A stretch of DNA of 64,000 bases from positions 433,053 to 497,052 of the forward strand of contig QAMH01000006.1 in the NCBI GenBank assembly GCA_003149935.1, in the 5' to 3' direction. The stretch comes from Coriobacteriia bacterium. Its GTDB lineage: Bacteria > Actinomycetota > Coriobacteriia > Coriobacteriales > QAMH01. The notes under the pieces are model-generated. The model made no database searches, was not told the DNA's origin, and worked only from the letters and a program-made list of their open reading frames with translations. Positions within the stretch are counted from its first letter, which is position 1, and each line of letters starts with the position of its first letter. Of this stretch, positions 22,682 through 30,991 are shown piece by piece. Made by a program: the position numbers and the translations under genes.

Positions 22682-23404
22682 TTATTCCCAGGGGTTCCTG
22701 ACATATAGACGTATAGGATAGACCAACGAGGCAAGCTTGGTTCCCGCAAATGCCTCTTTACCATCTTCAACGAGCGATTCGGGGATGGTTTTTGCCACGA
22801 GCGGCAAGTCGCAGAGCTCGCTTACCGTCTGGGCATAGGCATCGGCATCCATCAGAGCATCAAGGTCCGTCTCGTCCTTGAGGTGTGCGTTGTCAATGAG
22901 GCCCGTCACCTGCAGATGCGTCGCCGCCTCGATCTCGCGCAGATTATCGACCGCATCGTGCGGGTCTGCCATGAGGTTACGGTGGCGGTTGAGCACGTAG
23001 AGCACCGCATGGTCCTGCCTGCGCACGGCCGTCGAGAAGCGGGCCAGCGAACCTGCCCCCACATCGTCTCCACCCAAGTCGACGATGACGAGATGTTCCT
23101 CGCTCGCATCCTCAAGTGTAGGCATGATGGCACCCGTGAGGCTCGGCACGTCGAGACTTGTCCCGGCTTCGGAGAAGACGGGAGCGACGAGACACACGCC
23201 AGCGCTTTCGAGCAGAGCACGCTGCTCGCTCGCACGAAAGTACGGATTGACGATATCGAGGTCCACAAGCGTCACCTCGCGTCCCACTTCGACAAGGTCA
23301 AGCGCGAGATTGACGGAGAAGTTGGTCTTGCCCGCGCCGTAATGACCCGCAACGATCGTGATGGGCGCGAGGGCAGACTCGAGCGATGCCAGCATATGCG
23401 ACAT
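22682..23404 (-). CDS. P-loop NTPase of unknown function
   Basis: About 240 aa. Walker A IVAGHYGAGKTN, Walker B-like HLVIVDLGGDD. The ATG shares one nt with the ligase stop (TGATG). An alternative GTG start lies at 23407. Confidence 0.7.
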   Translation of the reverse strand: MSHMLASLESALAPITIVAGHYGAGKTNFSVNLALDLVEVGREVTLVDLDIVNPYFRASEQRALLESAGVCLVAPVFSEAGTSLDVPSLTGAIMPTLEDASEEHLVIVDLGGDDVGAGSLARFSTAVRRQDHAVLYVLNRHRNLMADPHDAVDNLREIEAATHLQVTGLIDNAHLKDETDLDALMDADAYAQTVSELCDLPLVAKTIPESLVEDGKEAFAGTKLASLVYPIRLYVRNPWE

Positions 23405-25179
23405 CACACCAGGCCGTCCTTGTTCTCGTTCTCGTCATTATCGCGAATCGCGGCGCGGCGGATCTTGCCGTTGACGGTTTTGGGAAGTTCGTCGACGTAG
23501 GCGACGATACGCGGGAACTTATATGGCGCGGTGCGGCGCTTCACCCAGCGCTGCAGCTCGGTCGTGAGCGCATCGGAGGGCTCGTAGCCATCGGCCAGAA
23601 CGACGGTCGCCTTCACGGCCTTGCCACGAACCGGATCGGGGACACCCGTGACGGCACACTCACGAACTGCGTCATGTTCCAGGAGCACACTCTCGATTTC
23701 GAAGGGGCCGATGCGATAGCCACTCGACTTGATGACGTCGTCGTTACGACCAACGTACCAGAAGAAGCCATCCTCATCGCTCCAGCACATATCGCCCGTG
23801 TGATACCAGCCGTCATATATGGCATCGTCGGTCTTCTCCGGGTTGCGATAGTACTCCATCATGATGCCTTCGGGACGTGGGTCCATCTTGATGCAGATCT
23901 CGCCCGTCTCGCCAACGTCACAGCGACTGCCGTCATCGCGCTTTATCTCGAGCTCGTAGAGCGGGTTTGGTTTGCCCATCGAGCCGGGACGCGGAACCGA
24001 ATGGGTAAGGTTCGCGCAGGTAAGCGGTGTCTCGGTCTGGCCAAAGCCCTCGAAGATGGTGAGGCCGGTATTGGCCTTCCAAAAGTCGAAGAGGTCGGGA
24101 TTGAGCGCCTCGCCCGCCGTGGTGGAGTACTCGAGCGAGGAAAGGTCGAAGCGCTCGAAGTCCTCCTGCATCATCAGGCGGTACATCGTGGGCGGACAGC
24201 ACAGCGTGGTGATCTGGTACTTGTCTATGAGATCGAGGATTTCGGCTGGATGGAAACGGTCGAAGTCATATGTGAAGACGCACGCCTCCATGATCCACTG
24301 GCCATAGTACTTGCCCCACACGGCCTTGCCCCAGCCCGTGTCGGCAATCGTGAAGTGAATGCCGTCGGGCCGCACGTTATGCCAATGCTTTGCGGTCGGG
24401 ATATGCCCGAGCGCGTAGGTCGAATTGTGCAGGACCATCTTGGGATTGCCCGACGTGCCACTCGAGAAGTACATGAGCATGGGATCGTAGACGTTCGTCT
24501 GCACGCGCTCGAAGTCTTGCGGCGCGTTGCGCACGCCGGTATTGAAGTCGATCCAGCCCTCGCGGTCGATAGGTGCAGCACAGATACCCTCGGGGCCACT
24601 GAGCACGCCGCCGACGAGCGCACCTTCCTCGACGTCGAGCTCGCCTTCCTCGGTGAACTTCGTCGTTCCCCCACCGGCGCCATTGACGAGAATGAGTGAC
24701 TCGACGCTCGGGCAGCTCTCGCGCACGTTATCGATGATGTCGGCGATGTCCCCCACCGAAGTCGCGATAACGGCCTTTGCCTCCGAGTTATTGAGACGAT
24801 ACTCGAGGTCATGCTCCTTGAGCATGAAGGTGGCCGGCACCATGACGGCACCAAGCTTGGCGAGTGCCGTTGCGATGAACCAGAACTGGTAGTGACGACG
24901 AACGATGACCATGACCATATCGCCCTTGCCAATGCCGAGCGATTTGAGGAAATTTGCCGTTTTGTCAGACCACGTTTTCATGTCCGCAAAGGTGAAGACG
25001 TGTTCCTCGCCTTCTGGGTTGCACCAGATCATGGCACGGCGAGCGGAATCGTTTATGGCTATATCATCGACGATGTCATAACCAAAGTTGAAGGTGTCGG
25101 GATAGTGAAGCGAAAAAGACTGGAGGGTCTTATCTTTTGCGTAGGTCTCCTCTACGTAGCGTAGGTTTATGTTTCTCAT
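23404..25179 (-). CDS. AMP-forming acyl-CoA synthetase (ACSM/MACS medium-chain-like)
   Basis: 591 aa. MYFSSGTSGNPKMV, FEGFGQTETP, YHTGDMCWSDEDGFFWYVGRNDDVIKSSGYRIGPFEIE, PKTVNGKIRR. Confidence 0.88.
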   Translation of the reverse strand: MRNINLRYVEETYAKDKTLQSFSLHYPDTFNFGYDIVDDIAINDSARRAMIWCNPEGEEHVFTFADMKTWSDKTANFLKSLGIGKGDMVMVIVRRHYQFWFIATALAKLGAVMVPATFMLKEHDLEYRLNNSEAKAVIATSVGDIADIIDNVRESCPSVESLILVNGAGGGTTKFTEEGELDVEEGALVGGVLSGPEGICAAPIDREGWIDFNTGVRNAPQDFERVQTNVYDPMLMYFSSGTSGNPKMVLHNSTYALGHIPTAKHWHNVRPDGIHFTIADTGWGKAVWGKYYGQWIMEACVFTYDFDRFHPAEILDLIDKYQITTLCCPPTMYRLMMQEDFERFDLSSLEYSTTAGEALNPDLFDFWKANTGLTIFEGFGQTETPLTCANLTHSVPRPGSMGKPNPLYELEIKRDDGSRCDVGETGEICIKMDPRPEGIMMEYYRNPEKTDDAIYDGWYHTGDMCWSDEDGFFWYVGRNDDVIKSSGYRIGPFEIESVLLEHDAVRECAVTGVPDPVRGKAVKATVVLADGYEPSDALTTELQRWVKRRTAPYKFPRIVAYVDELPKTVNGKIRRAAIRDNDENENKDGLV

Positions 25180-25196
25180 GGTTCCTTCTCATAATG

Positions 25197-25781
25197 CTAG
25201 ATTACCTGTTTGTCAGATGGCTCTATTACTACAGCCAAGAGTACGACCGGCTCGCCATCGAGGGCGAGAAGTCCGTGACCTCGCGCCGAGTCGTACATGA
25301 GTACGTCACCTGGGCCGCAATCTTCGGTATGACCCTCATACGAAAACCGAAGGTGGCCCGAGATAATGTAATCTAGCTCCTGCCCCTTATGATAGGAAAG
25401 ATGAATGGGCTTGTCCTGGTCCTCCTCGACATAGGGAATCGTGACGAGGAAGGGCTCGGCAAGCTTGTTGCCGAGATGTGGTGCCTTGTGCAGGTACTCG
25501 AACCCGGCATGGCGCTTGATCGAGAGGCCCTCGCCGGCACGTACGAGCGAATAGCCGCGCAGATGCGGGGATTCGCCGGTGAGAAGCTCGATGACGTCAA
25601 CGCCGAAGATGTTCGCGCACTTGTATAGGAAGGTGAAGGAAAGGTCCTCCTCGCCGGACTCCTGCGCCGCGTACTCGGCAACCGTGCGCCCCGTGGCCTC
25701 GGCCATTTCCTGGAGCGACAGATCGAGATCCTCGCGCATCGAGCGAATCCGGTTGCTTATTTCCTTGATGTTCGGATTCAT
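25197..25781 (-). CDS. XRE-family HTH transcriptional regulator with C-terminal cupin domain (paralog of 19299-19883)
   Basis: I start at ATG 25781 (MNPNIKEISNRIRSMRED; GGGAGG upstream), giving 194 aa. HTH LSLQEMAEATGRTVAEYA, cupin YHKGQELDYIISGHLRFSY..PGDVLMYDS..H. 17 nt upstream of the ligase. Confidence 0.82.
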   Translation of the reverse strand: MNPNIKEISNRIRSMREDLDLSLQEMAEATGRTVAEYAAQESGEEDLSFTFLYKCANIFGVDVIELLTGESPHLRGYSLVRAGEGLSIKRHAGFEYLHKAPHLGNKLAEPFLVTIPYVEEDQDKPIHLSYHKGQELDYIISGHLRFSYEGHTEDCGPGDVLMYDSARGHGLLALDGEPVVLLAVVIEPSDKQVI

Positions 25782-25814
25782 GGCGTTCCTCCCTTTCTGA
25801 ATGTAATGGTCACT

Positions 25815-25842
25815 TTTATACACCTTCATGAGGGGTATGCAA
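25815..25842 (-). promoter_or_regulatory. sigma70-like promoter for the regulator-ligase-NTPase-oxidoreductase operon
   Basis: Minus strand: TTGCAT-16 nt-TATAAA, about 35 nt upstream of the 25781 ATG. Confidence 0.4.
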
Positions 25843-25951
25843 GAAAAAATTCCGATTGACGCATTATTTTTTGGAACTACACCAAAACGACGCTCTGCGT
25901 TCTTTTCCGCAACGGGGAACTATGCATGCTGTTGTGCGCTCGGCGGTAAAC

Positions 25952-27664
25952 TCACGAAAGCCGCTCGTTAACATGGTCCTCGAAGGTCTCGGGGTCCATG
26001 GGGCGAGCGCAGAAGTATCCCTGGGCATAGTCGCATCCAACGGAACGAAGGAAGTCGTATTGCTCTTCTGTCTCCACGCCTTCTGCAATGACGGGAATCC
26101 CAAGACCATGGGCCATGTTCACAATGGAAGTGAATATGCTCGCAACGCGCGAATTGCGCTCGAGGTTTTGCATGAAGACCATATCAGCCTTAAGTATGTT
26201 GACGGGAATGTCACTAAAGGCATTGAACGACGAATACCCGCTGCCGAAATCGTCCATGAGGACGGTGAAGCCGTAATCTTGCAGCCGTTTGACCATCGAA
26301 ATGATCAGGTCAACGGTCTCGGTATATGACGACTCCGTGACCTCGATGCGAAACAGCTTCGGGTCAACATCGTATTTCTCGACAAGGGCGACGATCTCAT
26401 CGAAGAGCGACGCGTTGAAGATGCTGCGCCTGGAGAGATTCACCGAAATGGGAATCTCGGGAAGCCCCCTGTCCCGACGGCTCGCGAGAATCTGGCAGAC
26501 CTGCTCCCAGATGTTGTGGTCCATCTTCGAAATGAAGCCGTTCTCCTCGAAAAGCGGGACGAAAATGCCAGGCGAGACGATGCCATGCCCCGGACGATGC
26601 CAACGCACGAGAGCCTCGGCGCTAACGGGAAGATTTGTCGCGACATCGTAGACGGGCTGAAGCTGGACATGGAACTCGCCGTTCTCGAGCGCATGCTCCA
26701 TGTTGTTGAGGATGTCCTGTTCTTCGAGCATGCGCTCGGTGAGCTCGGAATTGTAGTAGGCGATATGACGATCATAATCCCTCTTGACCGTGTCGCGCGC
26801 CATCATGGCATGATCGAGCATGACGCTGGCCTCGACGCCGTTATCCTCGATACGGTTGACGCCGGCAACAAGCGAGGGCGTGAAGTCGATGTTGCTTTGC
26901 GCAAGGAGGGAACTGATTTCATCGGCGATGCTTTCGATAATGACTTCGACATCGGCTTCGCCCTCTTCGAGGCAAAAGGCGAAGTTGTCATTTCCCAGAC
27001 GTCCATAGACGCCGCCATTGGCAAAGAGCCTGTTCATGCAATGCGCCGCCGCAACAAGCATCCTGTCGCCCAGAGCGGTGCCGAATAGCTCGTTGAAGGT
27101 CTTGAAGTTCTCGAAATCCCAGACGACGAGCAGATACCTCTTCTCCGAATGAACGGCGATCATGTCCTGCATCTCCCGCAAGAAGGCCTTTCGCGTGTAG
27201 AGGCCCGTCAGATCGTCATGGTCGGTAATCCAAGCCGCCTCCTCGAGCATGCGCACACGCACACGCTGCTCCTCGAGCTCGCGCGCGTTGATGACAAGGT
27301 GAATGCGGCGCCGCATGATTTCGGGTTCGATGGGCTTAGTGAGGAAGTCCGAGGCACCGGCATCAAGTGCATGTATCTCGGCGGCAGTCACGCTGTCTGC
27401 CGTGATGACGATAACGGGAATATCCGCAATGGCGGGATTCGCCTGCTTCTCGGCGAGCACGTCAAAGCCGGTTTGTCCGGGCATGTGCAAATCAAGCAAC
27501 ACAACGTCAATGCCCTGCTCACCGCGTTCGCACATGATGTCGAGGGCATCGCGACCGTTGTCCGCTTCGAGAATGTTGTACTCGGAAGCGAGGATTCCAC
27601 CCATTTGTATACGATTGATTATCGAGTTGTCTGCAATAAGAATAGTCTTATCGTACACGGCCAC
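25952..27664 (-). CDS. response regulator: REC + degenerate GGDEF + EAL (predicted c-di-GMP phosphodiesterase)
   Basis: 570 aa. REC (ILIADN.., VLLDLHMPG, ITADS, TKP). GGDEF-domain start DDLTGLYTRKAF, but the signature is RLGNDNF instead of RxGG(D/E)EF. EAL motifs are intact (EALVRW, VNLS, EVTES, DDFGSGYSS, KADM, EGVETEEQ, QGYF). Confidence 0.88.
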   Translation of the reverse strand: MAVYDKTILIADNSIINRIQMGGILASEYNILEADNGRDALDIMCERGEQGIDVVLLDLHMPGQTGFDVLAEKQANPAIADIPVIVITADSVTAAEIHALDAGASDFLTKPIEPEIMRRRIHLVINARELEEQRVRVRMLEEAAWITDHDDLTGLYTRKAFLREMQDMIAVHSEKRYLLVVWDFENFKTFNELFGTALGDRMLVAAAHCMNRLFANGGVYGRLGNDNFAFCLEEGEADVEVIIESIADEISSLLAQSNIDFTPSLVAGVNRIEDNGVEASVMLDHAMMARDTVKRDYDRHIAYYNSELTERMLEEQDILNNMEHALENGEFHVQLQPVYDVATNLPVSAEALVRWHRPGHGIVSPGIFVPLFEENGFISKMDHNIWEQVCQILASRRDRGLPEIPISVNLSRRSIFNASLFDEIVALVEKYDVDPKLFRIEVTESSYTETVDLIISMVKRLQDYGFTVLMDDFGSGYSSFNAFSDIPVNILKADMVFMQNLERNSRVASIFTSIVNMAHGLGIPVIAEGVETEEQYDFLRSVGCDYAQGYFCARPMDPETFEDHVNERLS

Positions 27665-27707
27665 TCCGTCCCAACACGAACCGCACGGGCGATGATTTCA
27701 TGACGAA

Positions 27708-28067
27708 TCAGGCTCCGATGGCCTCGATCACAAGGGCATAGGACTTTCTGAGCCTATCGATAACCGGAGCAATCGCATCGTAATCCTGAGCACGCAGCAA
27801 GGCGACGATCTCTGCGGCATCCGCGTAGACCTCGGTCATGGAGAGGTTGCTGCTCATGCCCTTAATCTCGTGCATATGCGAGAAGAGGCCGTCCCAATCT
27901 TGTTTCTCGAAGGCCTCGAGGGACTCGGCGTAGTTGGTATCCTGAGCAAACATTCCAAGCAGGCGCTCGTAGAGCGTGTCATTACCAGCACAGCGACGAA
28001 GCCCGTCCTCGTAATCGATACCGGCATCCTGGAGCTTGGCAATATCCATCTTCTCACCTACGTTCAT
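27708..28067 (-). CDS. histidine phosphotransfer (Hpt) domain protein
   Basis: 119 aa, four-helix pattern with the phosphorylatable-His motif SHMHEIKGMSSNL. Lies 43 nt upstream of the response regulator. Confidence 0.8.
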   Translation of the reverse strand: MNVGEKMDIAKLQDAGIDYEDGLRRCAGNDTLYERLLGMFAQDTNYAESLEAFEKQDWDGLFSHMHEIKGMSSNLSMTEVYADAAEIVALLRAQDYDAIAPVIDRLRKSYALVIEAIGA

Positions 28068-28296
28068 GCGATGGGGCGATTCTTCTTTGCGTCTTTCATT
28101 CTATACCAACAGCGCGGCGCTTCGTCGGCATGCCCCTCATGCTATGACAAGCGGGTGGGAAACTCGCGCCAGCGCCTCCGCAATCGTGAATCATGGTGAA
28201 ATTGTCTGGAATGCCCCGAAACCTTGTGAGGCCCATGAGTTGCTGTTTAAATACGAACCTCAGCAGACGAACGCACATCACTAATCGAAACGTTGG

Positions 28297-29382
28297 GTGA
28301 AAAACATGGAAGAATCATTGAACCGCAGATCATTCCTCGGCGCCGCCATTGCCGGTGGCGTAGCCGGGCTCGCAAGCCTTATCGCCACCCCCTCGGCACA
28401 TGCCGTCACGAGCGCCGAAAAGCGTGCCGAGGTTCAAGCGGCAAAGGCCCGCCTCGACTCGATGACATCGCAGCTTGAGCAAACCGTCGCGCAGTTCAAC
28501 GCCGCACAGGACGCATACGATGCCGCCGCAGCGAAGGTCGCCGAATGCCAAGTGAAGATCGATGAGGCAAACGCGAAGATATCCTCCCTACAAGGCCGTC
28601 TCGGCAACAGGGCGACTGCCATGTATCGCGAGGGGGCCACTTCGTATCTGGACGTCCTCATGGGTTCGAACTCCTTCGATGACTTCGCGAGCACCTGGGA
28701 TATGCTCGACCAGCTCAATGCCGAGGACGCTTCGCTCGTGGACGATGCCAAGGCAACGAAGGCGCAGCTCGATGCCGCCAAGGCCGAACTCGATGCCAAC
28801 GAGCAAACCGCACAGGCCGAGCTTGACACACAGGCCGACCTGAAGGCTTCCATCGAAGCCCAGGAAGCTGCCTACCAGGCCGAGTACAATAGCCTCAGCT
28901 CCGAATACCAGCAGCTCATCGCACAGGAACGCGAGGCGGAGTCCCGCCGCCAGGCAGCAGCATCCGCCGCTTACACGCCCTCCATGTCGAGCCCTTCTTC
29001 CTCGTCATCATCTTCATCGGGTGGTGGATATAGCTCTGGCTCGAGCATCCCCTCGCATGGATCGGTCGTCGACTATGCGGCATCACGCCTGGGATGCCCC
29101 TACGTCTGGGGTGCGTCGGGACCCAACACCTTTGACTGTTCTGGCCTCACCATGTGGTGCTATCGCCAAATTGGCATCAGCCTACCCCACTATGACAGGT
29201 CGCAGTACGCCGCAGCTCGCGCGCGTCTCAATCCACGCGATGCCGCGCCCGGTGACATCCTCTGGCGTCCGGGCCATGTCGCTATCTCCACCGGCGGCAC
29301 CAACTACATTCACGCGCCGCATACGGGAGCCGTCGTAAGCTACGGTAGCGGCGGAAATTGGGTATGCGCACTGCGCTTCTAG
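28297..29382 (+). CDS. secreted NlpC/P60 peptidoglycan endopeptidase with N-terminal coiled coil
   Basis: 361 aa. Tat-type signal NRRSFLGAAIAGGVAGLASLIATPSAHA, long coiled coil (RipA/PcsB-like), Ser-rich linker. NlpC/P60 core YVWGASGPNTFDCSGLTMW..GHVAIS..IHAPHTG. Confidence 0.88.
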   Translation: MKNMEESLNRRSFLGAAIAGGVAGLASLIATPSAHAVTSAEKRAEVQAAKARLDSMTSQLEQTVAQFNAAQDAYDAAAAKVAECQVKIDEANAKISSLQGRLGNRATAMYREGATSYLDVLMGSNSFDDFASTWDMLDQLNAEDASLVDDAKATKAQLDAAKAELDANEQTAQAELDTQADLKASIEAQEAAYQAEYNSLSSEYQQLIAQEREAESRRQAAASAAYTPSMSSPSSSSSSSSGGGYSSGSSIPSHGSVVDYAASRLGCPYVWGASGPNTFDCSGLTMWCYRQIGISLPHYDRSQYAAARARLNPRDAAPGDILWRPGHVAISTGGTNYIHAPHTGAVVSYGSGGNWVCALRF

Positions 29383-29550
29383 AACTTCGCTAATGTGAAG
29401 GTTTCGAGAAGAAGCTGTTAAGAAAACGTTCAGATGATGTGTCGTGCATGCGAAAAACGCGTGCATCGCCCCATGAACCAGTAACATACGGCAGCAACCC
29501 GTCCAATTCGGGTGATTCGGTAATCGAACTACGAACATGCACGCCGAAGG

Positions 29551-30261
29551 ATGATTATGTCACGCTCCATATCTCGCGCTTGTGTCGCATTGGCAGCGCT
29601 TCTCCTGAGCATCGCACTCGCTCTGGGTGCTACCCTTTGTCTTGCCCCCACTGCCCATGCAGACGAGGCGACCATCTTCTCCCAAAAGCTCACGAAGCTT
29701 GTCGCCGGAGAATCCCCGGCTCTCACGGAGACCATCGAGGCAGCGTTTTCCGACGCTCTCAGCAGCGCCAAACGCGAGGCATTCGTCGATGAGTCTCGTG
29801 CCGAGGATTTCTATTTCGCACAAAACGGATCGGGACGTTGCACCATCACATCTGTTGCGATGATGGTACGCCGCGCCGCCTTCCTTGATGGTAGGTCGGA
29901 TTGGCAAGATCTTGGCCTTGACTCGGTCACTGCCGATGGCTGGTGTTCCGCCGGTGTCAAATGGAACTTCGAGACAGCTGGCTACGATATCGGCGTCATC
30001 GATGTCGCAGGTACCTCCGATGCGTTGCGTGAGCTCCTCGATGAGCATCCCGAAGGCATCGCCGCATACGACCCGAACGTCCCCCACGCCATTCTTCTGA
30101 CGGACTACGACGAGGAGACCGACACCTTCTTCTGCGCCGATCCCGCCAACTACAAGGCCGGGTCACGCATCCCCCTTGCCGAATCGTGGAACGGGGAGTG
30201 CCGGGGCTCGAGCCAGCCACGTGTCGTGGCAGGCCTTACACGCGCTTGGGTCATCCAGTAA
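29551..30261 (+). CDS. secreted papain-fold (C39-like) cysteine peptidase/amidase candidate
   Basis: 236 aa. Sec signal ending AHA-DEA. QNGSGRC reproduces the papain Gln-x5-Cys oxyanion/nucleophile spacing. Downstream VPHAILLTDYD resembles the His..Asp block of C39-like domains. Assignment made by eye only. Confidence 0.5.
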   Translation: MIMSRSISRACVALAALLLSIALALGATLCLAPTAHADEATIFSQKLTKLVAGESPALTETIEAAFSDALSSAKREAFVDESRAEDFYFAQNGSGRCTITSVAMMVRRAAFLDGRSDWQDLGLDSVTADGWCSAGVKWNFETAGYDIGVIDVAGTSDALRELLDEHPEGIAAYDPNVPHAILLTDYDEETDTFFCADPANYKAGSRIPLAESWNGECRGSSQPRVVAGLTRAWVIQ

Positions 30262-30273
30262 GCTGAATGCAAA

Positions 30274-30632
30274 AGCGGGCCTGTAAGCCGGGTTCTGTCT
30301 TCTAAGACGATCATTTATCTAGGAGTGCCGTTACCAGCACCCTCCAGCAGGCAACCCGGATGCGAGTCGGGTCAACTCATGGCATCCCTATTTGCCCTTG
30401 CTCCGGATGGGGTTTGTCAAGCCGCCGCGTCACCACGGCGCTGGTGCGCTCTTACCACACCGTTTCAGCTTTTCTCCGTGCGCACACGGGGAGTCTTCTT
30501 TTCTGTGACACTATCCGTCGGGTCACCCCGCCCGGCCGTTAGCCGGCATCCTACCCTGCGGAGCCCGGACTTTCCTCATCACCCTAAGCCCCCTTACTGG
30601 GGCACAAGGCGCCGCGATCGTCCAGCCCACTT
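30274..30632 (-). ncRNA. rnpB: RNase P RNA, bacterial type A
   Basis: The minus strand contains the universal blocks GAGGAAAGTCCGGGCTCC, GGTAAGAGCGCACC and ACAGAACCCGGCTTA. P2 pairs GACGATC/GATCGTC. P1 pairs GTGGGCTG with CAGGCCCGC. Ends are approximate (+/-5 nt). Confidence 0.88.
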
Positions 30633-30725
30633 TTGCGCGCTTGATTATAGCGAACGAGAAGTGGCGATGCCATTTTGGAGCGCCTGGGTTTCGAAGCGGA
30701 AAAATGGCACCCCATCTCCCATATA

Positions 30726-30980
30726 TCAGATATCCACGCTTGTTGAATCAGGAACCTCGAACATCTTGTGGCGACTTGTCTCGCCGCGTACGCAGGTGAC
30801 GGAACTCTTGGGAACATCAAAGAAGGAGGCGATGAGTGCCACCGCCTCCTTCGTAGCCTTGCCTTTTTCCGGAGCTGCCTTGACCTTCACCTCGAGCTCG
30901 CGCTGGCCATCCGCCCCTTCACGCCATCCGATGACCTCTGCACGCCCGGACTTGGGCGTGACATGCACGGGCAGGCGCAT
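30726..30980 (-). CDS. yggU: DUF167 (YggU) family protein
   Basis: 84 aa. VHVTPKSGRAEVIGW..LEVKVKAAPEKGKATKEAVALIASFFDVPKSSVTCVRGETSRHK. Confidence 0.85.
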   Translation of the reverse strand: MRLPVHVTPKSGRAEVIGWREGADGQRELEVKVKAAPEKGKATKEAVALIASFFDVPKSSVTCVRGETSRHKMFEVPDSTSVDI

Positions 30981-30991
30981 GAAGCACGTCC

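Noticed and set aside
28068-28296. Possible c-di-AMP (ydaO-type) riboswitch in the 230-nt leader of the NlpC/P60 gene, as seen upstream of cell-wall hydrolases in other Actinobacteria.
   Set aside because: Only fragments resemble the consensus (GAAUC, CCCCGAA, ACCUCAGCAG). I cannot find the paired GGGGACCCA / AGCUAACCUCGUAAGC blocks or the pseudo-symmetric fold. Infernal with RF00379 would be needed to exclude it formally.
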